Below, piece after piece: positions 31,509 to 41,161 of a stretch of 59,783 nt of DNA (the first letter of the stretch is position 1; each line of letters starts with the position of its first letter). A program made the translations under genes and the position numbers. Below the pieces are notes generated by a model. It did no database searches and was not told the DNA's origin. It saw only the letters and a program-made list of their open reading frames with translations. This DNA is from a virus (lineage: Duplodnaviria > Caudoviricetes). The DNA is taken from positions 1 through 59,783 of the IMG/VR virus record IMGVR_UViG_3300027902_000011, one strand, 5' to 3'.

Positions 31509-31573
31509 ATAAATAGAACGCCGGTCACGAGCGCAAACTCTACCGGCTCTAACCCCCAGGAGGGACCAGCATG
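31509..31573 (+). promoter_or_regulatory. Late promoter plus conserved endonuclease leader, copy 5
   Basis: TATAAATAGAAC GCCGGT CAC GAG CGCAAA CTC T ACCGGC TCTAACCCCCAGGAGGGACCAGC ATG. Confidence 0.8.
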
Positions 31574-32260
31574 TCTATTTATCTTTACATCAAAACACAT
31601 CGTAAGACCGGACTCAGATATCTCGGAAAGACAAACCGGAATCCACATAAGTATATTGGTTCCGGCACATACTGGCGCAATCATCTCAAAAAGCATGGCA
31701 ATGACGTCCACACTATGATCGATAGCACCCATGAAACAATAGAAAGTCTACGGAAAAGAGGTTTAGAACTCTCTGAGCAGTTAGACATAGTCAATTCTTT
31801 AGAATGGGCGAACTTAATACCAGAAAATGGAATGGGCGGGGCAGTTATAGGACACTCCACGCCAAAAGAAACTCGCTTAAAACTAAGTATCTCAAATAAG
31901 AAAGTTAGAGAATCTGAGGAAGCCAAAAGAAAACTCTCACAGATCCAACTACAACACCATGCTGAACATCCAGAAAGACGTCTCAAGGCTGCTAAAAGTT
32001 TATTGGGACAGAAACATAACGCCGAAAGAAAAAAAGTAAGAGCACTTCGAGCACAAGAACAGTGGTCATCCGAAGAAAAACGGAAGCAAAAGTCTGAAGC
32101 GATGCGCGGAAACAAAAATCGACTTGGAACTTCTACTTCTGAAGAGGGACGTCTCAACATGGCTAAAGCTCAGCGCATCAGATACGCTAATCGGCAGTTG
32201 CCTTCTTTAGAATATCTAACTGAGCACGAGTTAAAATGTGGGTTGCTTCTTCAGCCCTAA
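31571..32260 (+). CDS. GIY-YIG-like homing endonuclease
   Basis: YLYIKTH..GLRYLG..YIGSG..WANLIPE; overlaps the gp62 3' end. Confidence 0.87.
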   Translation: MSIYLYIKTHRKTGLRYLGKTNRNPHKYIGSGTYWRNHLKKHGNDVHTMIDSTHETIESLRKRGLELSEQLDIVNSLEWANLIPENGMGGAVIGHSTPKETRLKLSISNKKVRESEEAKRKLSQIQLQHHAEHPERRLKAAKSLLGQKHNAERKKVRALRAQEQWSSEEKRKQKSEAMRGNKNRLGTSTSEEGRLNMAKAQRIRYANRQLPSLEYLTEHELKCGLLLQP

Positions 32261-32549
32261 TCCGTGAATAATTGTAATAGTGCTGAACAGCATCTATGTC
32301 TTCTGAAGATTTAGACTTAACCCACTTAGAGAATCTCCGACGCTTTCGTACTGCTTGTCTAAGATATTGGAATTGCATATCGAGATCGAGATGAGACAGT
32401 TTACTCATCTCAAGTGCGTACATAATAGTGTCGGGGAAGTACGACAGCGCCCTATTCGTGATAAAGGAGTTGTATCCAGTCTCGCCTTCAGCCATCAGGT
32501 CCTTCTTGGACTCATTGATGGCTGCAATAAAATCAAATGGGCCACTCAT
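32187..32549 (-). CDS. gp62: Clamp loader small subunit
   Basis: FITNRALSYFPDTI, RKRRRFSKW, YYNYS motifs; synteny. Confidence 0.9.
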   Translation of the reverse strand: MSGPFDFIAAINESKKDLMAEGETGYNSFITNRALSYFPDTIMYALEMSKLSHLDLDMQFQYLRQAVRKRRRFSKWVKSKSSEDIDAVQHYYNYSRIRAEEATHILTRAQLDILKKATAD

Positions 32550-33505
32550 CGGAATTTTATCTCAACCATCAATTCTGCTAAGCAGGCTGCAAGATTGATC
32601 TGCGGATCAACCACAAAGGCTGCTTGAAAGGCATACTTACCTAAGATAAGCACCAACATCGGAATACTTGCTGGTTCCAGCATGTCTGCTGCCTGGTCGT
32701 AGAACTGACGGAACACGGCGTTCTGGTCGACGTCCGAGTTCTCTCCGACCCACTTTCTTACTGCGGTGAAGTTCTTCTGCCGCATGTGGTCGATGAGCTC
32801 CTTGATGGAGACCTCGGCAAACTTCGCGAGGATGCCCGAGTCGATGTTGTTGTCGGTCTGGGCTGCGTAGCGCTGGAGCTCGTTGAGGATGCGGCGCCAG
32901 TCAGGATAGTGCTTGGTGATGACCTGGGCGAGGACGGCGGGGTCGTACTTGACCTGCTCGTCCTTGAGGATTCCCTCGACCCGCTTCATGAACTGCCCGG
33001 CCAGCTTCTTGACCTGAGACTTGTCGATCGCGAAGTCAATCACCGAGCACCTGCTGTGCAGCTCCTTGATGATCTTGTTCTTGTAGTTGCAGGTGAGGAC
33101 GAATCCGCAGTTCTTGGAGTACTGCTCCATGAAGTTGCGAAGGGCTGGCTGGGTCGACTGGGCGTTGAGGTAGTCCGCCTCGTCCAGGATCACGTACTTG
33201 CGGCCGCCGGAGAACGACACCGCAGACGCGAACGTCTGGATCTCGTTGCGGAGGGTGTCGATGTTGCCGTGGAGGGAGCCGTTGACCACGATATAGTCGC
33301 ACCCGAGCTCCTCGCACATCGCGCGGGCGATCGTAGTCTTGCCGACGCCTGGTCCGCCCGTGAGCAGCAGGTTGGGGACGTTCTTCTTGTCGACGAAGGT
33401 CTGAAAGACCTTCTTCAGTTCTGTAGGAAGTATCGTGTCTCTGACGCGGTGCGGACGGTACTTCTCAGTCCACAGAAACTCGCGGGGGTCTTGGGTCGTC
33501 ATCAT
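32546..33505 (-). CDS. gp44: Clamp loader large subunit
   Basis: WTEKYRP, GPGVGKT, DEAD, SRC motifs. Confidence 0.95.
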   Translation of the reverse strand: MMTTQDPREFLWTEKYRPHRVRDTILPTELKKVFQTFVDKKNVPNLLLTGGPGVGKTTIARAMCEELGCDYIVVNGSLHGNIDTLRNEIQTFASAVSFSGGRKYVILDEADYLNAQSTQPALRNFMEQYSKNCGFVLTCNYKNKIIKELHSRCSVIDFAIDKSQVKKLAGQFMKRVEGILKDEQVKYDPAVLAQVITKHYPDWRRILNELQRYAAQTDNNIDSGILAKFAEVSIKELIDHMRQKNFTAVRKWVGENSDVDQNAVFRQFYDQAADMLEPASIPMLVLILGKYAFQAAFVVDPQINLAACLAELMVEIKFR

Positions 33506-33791
33506 GTTCTTCTCCGAGAGGCTCATAGGTCGCCTCAAAAATGTCTGGCTTGCAGGGGTAGATCTCGCCCTTGACTCCCTGGATTATCCAGTCGCCAGGA
33601 CCGGCAGTCATGAGACCCTCGAGCGTCGCGATCGTCAGGTGCTCTCTCGATCCCTCTGACAGATCTGCCGGTCTGTAGACCTTACCGCTCATGGTTGCAT
33701 CGAGCAACCAGATCGGAAGGTTGAACGGATCGAACGCGGCGCCGTTCCACTGAACGGCCTCGATTACTACTGGCTTCTTTCGGTACTTCAT
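33465..33791 (-). CDS. Conserved phage protein (KKPVVIEA..GDWII..YPCKPDIF family)
   Basis: Characteristic motifs. Confidence 0.75.
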   Translation of the reverse strand: MKYRKKPVVIEAVQWNGAAFDPFNLPIWLLDATMSGKVYRPADLSEGSREHLTIATLEGLMTAGPGDWIIQGVKGEIYPCKPDIFEATYEPLGEEHDDDPRPPRVSVD

Positions 33792-34069
33792 GGTCCGCTC
33801 ATCATCTCTTGTAGGTCTACTAGTGCGTCTTTGATGTCTTCGTCTGGTCCTGCCTCGCCTATCTTCTGGATCAGCGGGAACAGTTTTATTACGCGAAGGG
33901 CTGCGATGCCGTGCTTCGTTGGATTGATCGCGTCGGCGATGTCGGTCAGCCAGACGTTGTCGAAGAGTTTCATGGTCTTGTTTCCTTCAGCAGCAATGCG
34001 TCCTATGTCCGACGCAGTACTTTCCATGTTCATTTCTCTAGCGGCCTTCAGCGCCTCGTACTCAATCAT
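33788..34069 (-). CDS. Hypothetical protein
   Basis: Translationally coupled ORF. Confidence 0.55.
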   Translation of the reverse strand: MIEYEALKAAREMNMESTASDIGRIAAEGNKTMKLFDNVWLTDIADAINPTKHGIAALRVIKLFPLIQKIGEAGPDEDIKDALVDLQEMMSGP

Positions 34070-34725
34070 CAGAACGTGCTCGCCTGGTCGACGACGATGT
34101 AGTACTCGACCTCGGGTCCCTTCCAGCGAGACAGTCCCTTTGCAGTTATCGAGACCTCGTAGTCGCCCGGCAGCATCCTCAGGTTCTCCTCCTTGAAGAT
34201 GGCACGGAACTTCTTGTCGGTCTTGCCGACGTCTACAGAGAAGACGTCGGACGTCGGGTTCTTGGTGTCGAGCGCCTGGACGTACATCTTTTTGTCGAGG
34301 CCGCAGATCGCGACCTCGGGCAGTCCGAGGACGCTCTTGGCCTTGAGTAGTTCTGCTAGGCTGGCGGCCGACAGTTCGAACTGGACGTCCGGCGCGGCGA
34401 GTTTTGGGTCCTTCTCGGGAGGCAGGACGAGCAGTCCAGGATCGGCCAGGGTGTACGTCACCCGTCGACCGTCTCCCTTGATCGTCACCGTCTTGTCCGA
34501 GACGTCGAGCTCGGCGTCTGGACCGAACAGCGACAGGACGCTCACGAACTTGGATATGTCAGAGATCGCGAACTTCTTGTCGAACTCCTGGTCGACGACT
34601 GCCTGGGCATACACCGTCTTTCCCTTCGAGAAGGTAGTCAACTTGTTGCCCGGACGGAACTCGAGTCCGTTGTTAATGTCCGCGAAGTGCTTGAGCATCC
34701 GCGTGGTCTGCTGCGTGATCTTCAT
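34069..34725 (-). CDS. gp45: Sliding clamp
   Basis: LKHFADIN, FAISDISKF, ENLRMLPGDYEV motifs; synteny. Confidence 0.92.
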   Translation of the reverse strand: MKITQQTTRMLKHFADINNGLEFRPGNKLTTFSKGKTVYAQAVVDQEFDKKFAISDISKFVSVLSLFGPDAELDVSDKTVTIKGDGRRVTYTLADPGLLVLPPEKDPKLAAPDVQFELSAASLAELLKAKSVLGLPEVAICGLDKKMYVQALDTKNPTSDVFSVDVGKTDKKFRAIFKEENLRMLPGDYEVSITAKGLSRWKGPEVEYYIVVDQASTF

Positions 34726-34782
34726 TACTTTTTCCTCATGTGGATCATTATAACACCGGCAGTGTTACTATGCAAGGCGATG

Positions 34783-35856
34783 TTACTTTGGTTTTCCGTC
34801 CGCGCCGATGATGTGCGGCTTGTGGTCCTCGACGCCTATCTGGGGAATGACCTTCTTGTCGCTCCTCCTGAGCATGCTCGGGTCTGCGGTCGCGGGCGCG
34901 CCGATCATCGCCAGGTCCTTGAGGGAGCCGCCGAAGACGTAGGAGCCGACGTGGCTCATCTTCATCCACGGGCAGAACCACACCTTCAGGCCGGCCTCGA
35001 TGGCCCTCTGACAGAACCAGTAGTCCTCAGAGAGATAACGCTTAGTTGCTGAAGCATAAGCGGTCTCATAGGCCTCGACGGCTCTCTTAGCGATGTCTTT
35101 GAGTGCTACCCCGTAATCAGCATCAACGTCTCCAGCGATCTTCTTCAGCGCCGGCATCAGGTACTCGTAGGCGTCTGGCTGGTCTATCTCTGCCTGGAAG
35201 AACTGGGTGACCATCCGAGTGCCGTCGAACGCTGCAGTACGGACGTGGTCTGGACGGAAGCGATAGCGCGGGTATCGCTCGTTGAAGCGATCCATCGCCG
35301 AGCGCTTGATCATCATGAAGCCGGTACCTATCTCCATGACCTCGCAGGGCTCGTTGATGTTTATGGAAGCGGTGCCGGCGCGAGGATTGAAGACGTAGTC
35401 GCCGATAAAGTTCTCGAGGATCGACGCGTCGCGGAGGTTCTCGTTCGGATTCTGGGGATCGCCGTAGCCCTTGTCTACCGCCATCCTGACCTTCTCCCAG
35501 CTTATGCACTTCTTGGGATACGGGCCGCCGATGACGTCGTACGGGTTGCTGTCTGAGCAACACATCGCTAGGAGGGACAGGACGTCGTTAGCCTCGAAGC
35601 CCAGGTCCGAGTCGATGAACATCATGTGGGTGCAGTCAGAGCGCATGAACTCGTCTGAGCAGTAGTTTCTAGCACGCGTGATCAGCGACTCGTTGAAGAG
35701 GTAGTATATGCTGATCGGGATGTTGTGCCGAGTAAAGATCGTCGTGACGTCCTGGATAGACCTGGTGAACATTCCAGAGCACTGGCCGCCGTACATGGGC
35801 GTCGCGAGAAACAGCTTCTGTTTCTGCATCACCTCCATTGGTACACGTAAGTCCAA
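34783..35856 (-). CDS. GT-A fold glycosyltransferase-like protein
   Basis: ATPMYGG, ESLITRARN, FIDSD, GTGFMMI, LSEDYWFC motifs. Confidence 0.75.
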   Translation of the reverse strand: MDLRVPMEVMQKQKLFLATPMYGGQCSGMFTRSIQDVTTIFTRHNIPISIYYLFNESLITRARNYCSDEFMRSDCTHMMFIDSDLGFEANDVLSLLAMCCSDSNPYDVIGGPYPKKCISWEKVRMAVDKGYGDPQNPNENLRDASILENFIGDYVFNPRAGTASININEPCEVMEIGTGFMMIKRSAMDRFNERYPRYRFRPDHVRTAAFDGTRMVTQFFQAEIDQPDAYEYLMPALKKIAGDVDADYGVALKDIAKRAVEAYETAYASATKRYLSEDYWFCQRAIEAGLKVWFCPWMKMSHVGSYVFGGSLKDLAMIGAPATADPSMLRRSDKKVIPQIGVEDHKPHIIGADGKPK

Positions 35857-35932
35857 AACTAGTTCCTCCCTTTTATTCTCATTTATTTATCTTCTATAGC
35901 GCCAAAGATAGTGAAGAAAAGATAAATAGTGC

Positions 35933-36631
35933 ATGAACACACACATTCCTTACACTTATTTTCTCAAGTGGTCTGCAACCGGCGTAAAATACTATGGCGT
36001 CCGCTATAGAAAAGGTTGTTCACCGTCTGATCTTTGGAACCCCTATAAAACAAGTAGCAACTATGTCAAAAGATATATTAAATTGCACGGCGACCCAGAT
36101 ATACGAGAAATACGAAAAACATTCAAGACACCTAAAGAAGCACGAATCTGGGAAGATAAAGTCATTAGACGTACTAAGGCCGTTTTCCGAGATGATTTTC
36201 TAAACAAAAAACAACCTTCCGATGGTTTTCGTGCACCGTGGGGTTCTAAAGAATATCGAGAAAAAATAGGAGAAACTATAAAACGTACCCATGCGTTAGG
36301 AAAGATATGGACCTCCAAAAGACGTCGTAAACAAAAGAAAATCATGTCTGAGAGAGCAAAAAAGATGTGGCGTGACCCAGAAAAACGAAAATCACAAACA
36401 GAGCGATCTCGTGCATTTGGGACAGAACACTTCAAAATGATGTCTGATATAGCACGATCATCTAAGAGGGTACTCAAGATAAGAACTAAAAATATGAAGA
36501 ATGTAAACCTACGAAAGATATCTTGTCCATATTGTTCCTTTGTTGCTAACCCTGGTCACGTTGGGCGTCATGTGAAACGTCTTCACGCCGAAGAATATGA
36601 AGCATCAAAATACAATAATGTATCGCCTTGA
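35933..36631 (+). CDS. GIY-YIG-like homing endonuclease
   Basis: PYTY..YYGVR..YKTSS..WE..FLN plus C-terminal zinc finger. Confidence 0.8.
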   Translation: MNTHIPYTYFLKWSATGVKYYGVRYRKGCSPSDLWNPYKTSSNYVKRYIKLHGDPDIREIRKTFKTPKEARIWEDKVIRRTKAVFRDDFLNKKQPSDGFRAPWGSKEYREKIGETIKRTHALGKIWTSKRRRKQKKIMSERAKKMWRDPEKRKSQTERSRAFGTEHFKMMSDIARSSKRVLKIRTKNMKNVNLRKISCPYCSFVANPGHVGRHVKRLHAEEYEASKYNNVSP

Positions 36632-37085
36632 AGATGTCTTTTTTATGGTCTTCCTTAGAACCCTTTTTAGTAACACGAAAAAGATATTTCAGGGCGGTAT
36701 CTCGGCATGAAGTAAATGCAGAACCTAAGGCTTTCCACATGTCGAACGCCTCGATGTCGTCAGTCGCCTTGTAGTGCTCGCCGTACGTCTTAGCGACGTA
36801 CTCCAGGAGCTCGGAGACGATCTCTGGCTCGTCGTACTTGAACTTGGTCTCGTTCGTCTTCGCTGTCATCTTGAAGCCGTTTGAGAACGTCCAGCTAGTG
36901 TTCGCGAACGGCGACGAAGAGATATAGCCAATGGGCGACGTAGTCTTGATCTCGTCCTCTCGCGGATCGAGCGGGAACGGACAGTCGTCGATGCCGCAGT
37001 CGGGCAACTTGTCGCCGCGCCTGGAGCAGAGGAAGCACGACTCCCTCCACGGGTACAGCTTGTCGGGTCCTGTAGTGTCGGTCAT
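36546..37085 (-). CDS. DUF3310-like (putative nucleotide kinase) protein
   Basis: TYGEHY, IEAFD, ALKYLFR..KKG, DIFKAIHY motifs. Confidence 0.7.
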   Translation of the reverse strand: MTDTTGPDKLYPWRESCFLCSRRGDKLPDCGIDDCPFPLDPREDEIKTTSPIGYISSSPFANTSWTFSNGFKMTAKTNETKFKYDEPEIVSELLEYVAKTYGEHYKATDDIEAFDMWKALGSAFTSCRDTALKYLFRVTKKGSKEDHKKDIFKAIHYCILMLHILRREDVSHDAQRDQG

Positions 37086-38284
37086 GCGAACGCTGCCTCT
37101 ACCGAGACCATAGACGTCGGAGAGTCGTCCCTCGTCTCGTGCTTCTGTTGGTGGTTGGACTGGAACAGGTAGTCCGTCTTGACCCAGGGACGCTCGTCCT
37201 CGAGAGCTGCGACCACCTCCGATGCCATGTCGGCAGCGGTGTCGACTGGCACGTTCTGACAGACGTGGTTGAGCTGGCGCTTCGGATCGAGGAGCTCGAA
37301 GTCTTGCGGGAGTCCCATGATCGTCATGCACTCTCGATAGTTCAGGAAGCGGTCCTTGGTCGGATGCGCGATGTTGATCTGGAGGTGGCCGACGAACGCG
37401 CCGATATAGTCCTTGGGAATGATGATCGAGCGGTGCATGATGCCTCCGCCCTTTGCCAGCTTCTCAGTGACCCGACCGGTCCACGCCGCCTCGCGCTCGT
37501 ATCCCTTCTTGGTCAGCCACTCGCCGAGCTGCTCATAGGAGACACCGTTGTCTTCGATGATCTCCAGAACCTGAGTAGACTTCATGATCCCCTTTGAGAA
37601 CTCTCGGTGGGTCACGCCTCCAGCGACTTCTTCGAGTACGAAGCGATACAGGGCATCCTCTGACGGCTTCTTCTTCGTGGGCGTCTCGGTCTGGAAGTTG
37701 CTCTTGACGCCGAGGATCAGGTCCTCGATTCTCTGGTGGTCGCGTCGGAAGTAGTTCAAGATCGGCGCCTTGTCGCCCTTCCAGAAGAAATAGAACGAGC
37801 GCTCGCGGATCTGAGGGACACCGTGGAACAGCGACTTGGTACGGTACACCGACATGGTGTACCCGTACTTCTTACCGACGGCACGGATGCGCTCGCGCAC
37901 CGGCTCGCCCATAGCACTTGCTAAAGCAGGAGCATTTTCACCCCAATAAACGTCTGGTTTCATTTCACCAAGTACATATTCTGCACAAGTTACAAGCCAT
38001 TCATTCAACGGATTATTTGCACCCGCAGTTTTGGAGAGCATGCTAAGACCTGCGCAAGGGCAGACAGACGACACCACGTCGATCTTTCCTCGCGGTCGTT
38101 TATCACCTTTATCAACAACAATATAGGGAATAACCTTTCCCTGCTGTTTATAATAATTCAACAAATGGGAATCATTTGCTGCAAATGGCGTATAAGAGAC
38201 CAAGTATTCTGGCGGTTTGCCGAATACGCGTTCTGAAGCAAGCGTCTCGCCGCCGATCAATGGGACTATGCTAACATGCTTCAT
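37082..38284 (-). CDS. DNA cytosine-C5 methyltransferase-like protein
   Basis: PCAGLS, ENAP, HGVPQIRER, RECMTIMGLP, QNVP motifs; motif I divergent. Confidence 0.8.
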   Translation of the reverse strand: MKHVSIVPLIGGETLASERVFGKPPEYLVSYTPFAANDSHLLNYYKQQGKVIPYIVVDKGDKRPRGKIDVVSSVCPCAGLSMLSKTAGANNPLNEWLVTCAEYVLGEMKPDVYWGENAPALASAMGEPVRERIRAVGKKYGYTMSVYRTKSLFHGVPQIRERSFYFFWKGDKAPILNYFRRDHQRIEDLILGVKSNFQTETPTKKKPSEDALYRFVLEEVAGGVTHREFSKGIMKSTQVLEIIEDNGVSYEQLGEWLTKKGYEREAAWTGRVTEKLAKGGGIMHRSIIIPKDYIGAFVGHLQINIAHPTKDRFLNYRECMTIMGLPQDFELLDPKRQLNHVCQNVPVDTAADMASEVVAALEDERPWVKTDYLFQSNHQQKHETRDDSPTSMVSVEAAFA

Positions 38285-38873
38285 TGTGAACTTTCTTCAT
38301 GTGTTGTGCTACGTTTCCGTGGTTGCCTGTATATTCACATAGAGGACATTTGGCCTTTCCATGTAAAGCAGATAAACAACTCTGCCGTTTTTCCGGATCA
38401 GCCATATGTTCAGTCGCCCTAAGTTTTCTAAGTTGTTGCATTTGTGGATCAGTATAATATCGTTTTTTGAATGCTTCGCCTTGTTGGCGCTTAAGTTCAG
38501 ACGAAGTCATCCGTTCTTTTTGTATTTTGGATCTATGTTCAGACAGTTCAAGAATATTGCTTTTATAATTCCAACCCTTGCCACCAGATGCTATGTTCCA
38601 TCCCAATTTTTGTTTGGGACGAAGTTCCTTTTCCTTCTTGTAACAGTCGTCTAAAGAACCCTCGAACAGCGTCTGAACATGCTCATCAAAAGTCAGTTTT
38701 GTCAGTCTAATTCTATGACCAATTTCACTCTTTCCAGACCGATGATCTAAAAAGCGCCGATAGACTCCTTTTTTTCGAGTTACCACACCAACATAACCAT
38801 GTTCAAGTGACCCAATATGTTCTGGGTCTTGAATGTGATACACATAGCCTTGAGTTTCTTTAGTCCGCGCCAT
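38271..38873 (-). CDS. GIY-YIG-like homing endonuclease
   Basis: YVYHI..GYVGV..R..H..E..GWNIASGG plus zinc finger. Confidence 0.75.
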   Translation of the reverse strand: MARTKETQGYVYHIQDPEHIGSLEHGYVGVVTRKKGVYRRFLDHRSGKSEIGHRIRLTKLTFDEHVQTLFEGSLDDCYKKEKELRPKQKLGWNIASGGKGWNYKSNILELSEHRSKIQKERMTSSELKRQQGEAFKKRYYTDPQMQQLRKLRATEHMADPEKRQSCLSALHGKAKCPLCEYTGNHGNVAQHMKKVHNEAC

Positions 38874-38911
38874 TGACTATTTATGTGCCGGCACACGGAC
38901 AGCAGCACCTC

Positions 38912-39751
38912 TTAGGTGAAGAACTCCTCGAGCGTTCTTTCTGGAACTGCTTGAGAAGCATTCCAGCATTTTTTCCATGCGATCTCAGCAGCCACCTTGG
39001 TCTGGCCTCCCCACTTACCGATGCCCTCCTTAGTGATCTTGTCGTACAGCTTCACGAACTGGGGAAACTTGGCCTGCAGCGCCCTCATGGACTCGTTGTG
39101 CGTGTCGATAGTCCGAGACAGGGTCATGCCCCCGACAGACTGCTGCGTCGGCATCGGCCTCACGCGGTAGCGTAGGGAGATGCGGTTCTGGTACCCCATC
39201 GACAACAGCTGGAGGGTTATGTTGAAGTCTTCGGCGTGGGGAACGTCGTGCCAGCTCAACTTGTCGTGAGGGAACGTCTTCGCGTTGTAGAAGTGCGCGC
39301 CGTTCTGACGAAAGTTCTGGTGGAACATCTTCTCCAGGGGAGGGTTCCAGCATATCTCGAGACCACAGGTGACGAAGTCGTCCAGCCACTCCGACATCAG
39401 GTCGAACGCGGCGTCGTAGTCTGGGTCCTTGAACTTTGTGTTCCAGAGGGGAAACTTGTCTTTTTCTGTTGCTAATCTCGTATATGCAAAGTTATACAGA
39501 TCGTCGTCTAAAACACCATACTTGGTGACCTTATCCTTGATGGCCTGTTTCGCGATCCATTCACGAACATAAGAGATACCAGTACCTTGCACTGGGCATA
39601 ACAGGGTCGGATAACCCTTCTTGCCATGCATCTCAGCGTCCTGCTCGTCGACGACTAATACGGTTTTCTTCTTCCACTTCTCGGGAAGATTTTCAAACGT
39701 ATATTGGCGGGATCTGCGGTATGTGGGAATGTAAAGTTTCTCAAGGCTCAT
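38912..39751 (-). CDS. Putative DNA base glycosyltransferase (TAGT-like / hmC glycosyltransferase-like)
   Basis: YIPTYRR, REWI, LDDD, AEDF motifs; lies in the base-modification cluster. Confidence 0.7.
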   Translation of the reverse strand: MSLEKLYIPTYRRSRQYTFENLPEKWKKKTVLVVDEQDAEMHGKKGYPTLLCPVQGTGISYVREWIAKQAIKDKVTKYGVLDDDLYNFAYTRLATEKDKFPLWNTKFKDPDYDAAFDLMSEWLDDFVTCGLEICWNPPLEKMFHQNFRQNGAHFYNAKTFPHDKLSWHDVPHAEDFNITLQLLSMGYQNRISLRYRVRPMPTQQSVGGMTLSRTIDTHNESMRALQAKFPQFVKLYDKITKEGIGKWGGQTKVAAEIAWKKCWNASQAVPERTLEEFFT

Positions 39752-39767
39752 CAGTCATTCTTTCCAT

Positions 39768-39838
39768 GATAAATAATCTGCCGATCGCGGACGGACATCC
39801 CATCGGCACTAGACCTGAACAGAGGACCAGCCACCATG
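39768..39838 (+). promoter_or_regulatory. Late promoter plus conserved endonuclease leader, copy 6
   Basis: ATAAATAATCT GCCGAT CGC GGA CGGACA TCC C ATCGGC ACTAGACCTGAACAGAGGACCAGCCACC ATG. Confidence 0.75.
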
Positions 39839-40393
39839 CTATTTATACCCAACAAGTACACTTCTTGGTACATTTCACTCATAGTCAAACGTCGTCTCTT
39901 TCCTGCTCCTAAACCGCACGAGAAGCATCACATTCTTCCCAAGTGCAGACATCCTAAACTCCAAAAATCTAAACTCAACACTGTCTCACTTACATATCGC
40001 GAGCACTTTATTGCTCATTGGTTGCTTACTAAAATGTTCACCGATAAATTGACGATCTACCAAATGGCTAAAGGCTTCAATAAGATGGCTCAAGTAAATA
40101 AAAATCAAACTCGTATAATCCCCTCGAGATATTACGCTATAGCCAAAAAGACGTTTGCTAAAGCACAAACTGGCATTCCTCGCGGCCCCATGTCTGAAAA
40201 GGCAAAAATAAAAATGCGTGGTCCTCGGTCACCATGGTCTGCAGAACGACGAGCGGCCCAACCAAAAACTCGCGTCGATAAGGGAAGAAGACGCGGTCCT
40301 CAAAAGAACCCATGCGAGACTAGACTGCCATTCAGTGAGGTTCATCGTCAAAATCTCAGTCTTGCATCATACCGGCGATGGGCTGCTGCTTAG
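39836..40393 (+). CDS. HNH (MobE-like) homing endonuclease
   Basis: EKHHILPKC..N..LTYREHFIAHWLL motif. Confidence 0.85.
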   Translation: MLFIPNKYTSWYISLIVKRRLFPAPKPHEKHHILPKCRHPKLQKSKLNTVSLTYREHFIAHWLLTKMFTDKLTIYQMAKGFNKMAQVNKNQTRIIPSRYYAIAKKTFAKAQTGIPRGPMSEKAKIKMRGPRSPWSAERRAAQPKTRVDKGRRRGPQKNPCETRLPFSEVHRQNLSLASYRRWAAA

Positions 40394-40400
40394 ATATTCC

Positions 40401-40526
40401 TCATGCGTCGGGTGCGGAAACTTGTGGCACTTCTCGCCACTCTTCTCTCATCCATACCGGTTTACCATTTTCATAGTCTGTCACAGACCACAGTTGCTGA
40501 AGTCTAGGCCTCCCTGGGCCGGACAT
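40401..40526 (-). CDS. Small hypothetical protein
   Basis: MSGPGRPRLQQLW..EEWREVP. Confidence 0.35.
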   Translation of the reverse strand: MSGPGRPRLQQLWSVTDYENGKPVWMREEWREVPQVSAPDA

Positions 40527-40609
40527 AAACCCGCCCAGAACAGAAACAACCCAGCGAACTTGGGCGTTGCACTCACTAGTAGTGTGTCGTGCAATAAATG
40601 CTTTTTCTA

Positions 40610-41161
40610 CTATCTCGTCCACGAGCTGAACTGTAGGCCGGCCTCTGTCAAGAACTTGGTAGTGTCCTTGAAGGAGTCTGCCCAACGGTTGTTGGGCTCC
40701 TCGAACTTCTTGGGGTAGCGCATGACGACGCGCTTGATGCCGACCTGGATGATGCCGAGGGCGCAGTGCGCGCACAACGGACAGCCCTCGATGTATATGG
40801 TAGATCCGTCTAGGGATACCCCAGTAAAAGAGGCGTTATAGATCGCATTCATCTCTGCATGGACGACCCTCTTGAGCTTGGTCTCACGATGCTCGTACAG
40901 TGCCTGGCTGTCGTCCATCTTGCGAGGAAAGCCGTTGTAGCCGGTCGAGAGGATCTGCCTCTTGTCGCCTACGACCACTGCACCGACCTTGGTCGACGGA
41001 TCCTTGGACCACTGCGCAATATCTTGAGCGAGGTCGAGGTAGCGTCCGTCCCACTTGTCTAGCCCAACGACGCCATAGACTGCATCTTGAACATAGACAA
41101 CCTTCCTTCTGCTGTAGCCGCCCTTGAAGCCTTCCTTGAAATCTTCCCAGATCTTACTCAT
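40610..41161 (-). CDS. dCMP deaminase
   Basis: SKDPSTKVGA, GYNG, HAEMNA, CAHC motifs. Confidence 0.92.
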   Translation of the reverse strand: MSKIWEDFKEGFKGGYSRRKVVYVQDAVYGVVGLDKWDGRYLDLAQDIAQWSKDPSTKVGAVVVGDKRQILSTGYNGFPRKMDDSQALYEHRETKLKRVVHAEMNAIYNASFTGVSLDGSTIYIEGCPLCAHCALGIIQVGIKRVVMRYPKKFEEPNNRWADSFKDTTKFLTEAGLQFSSWTR

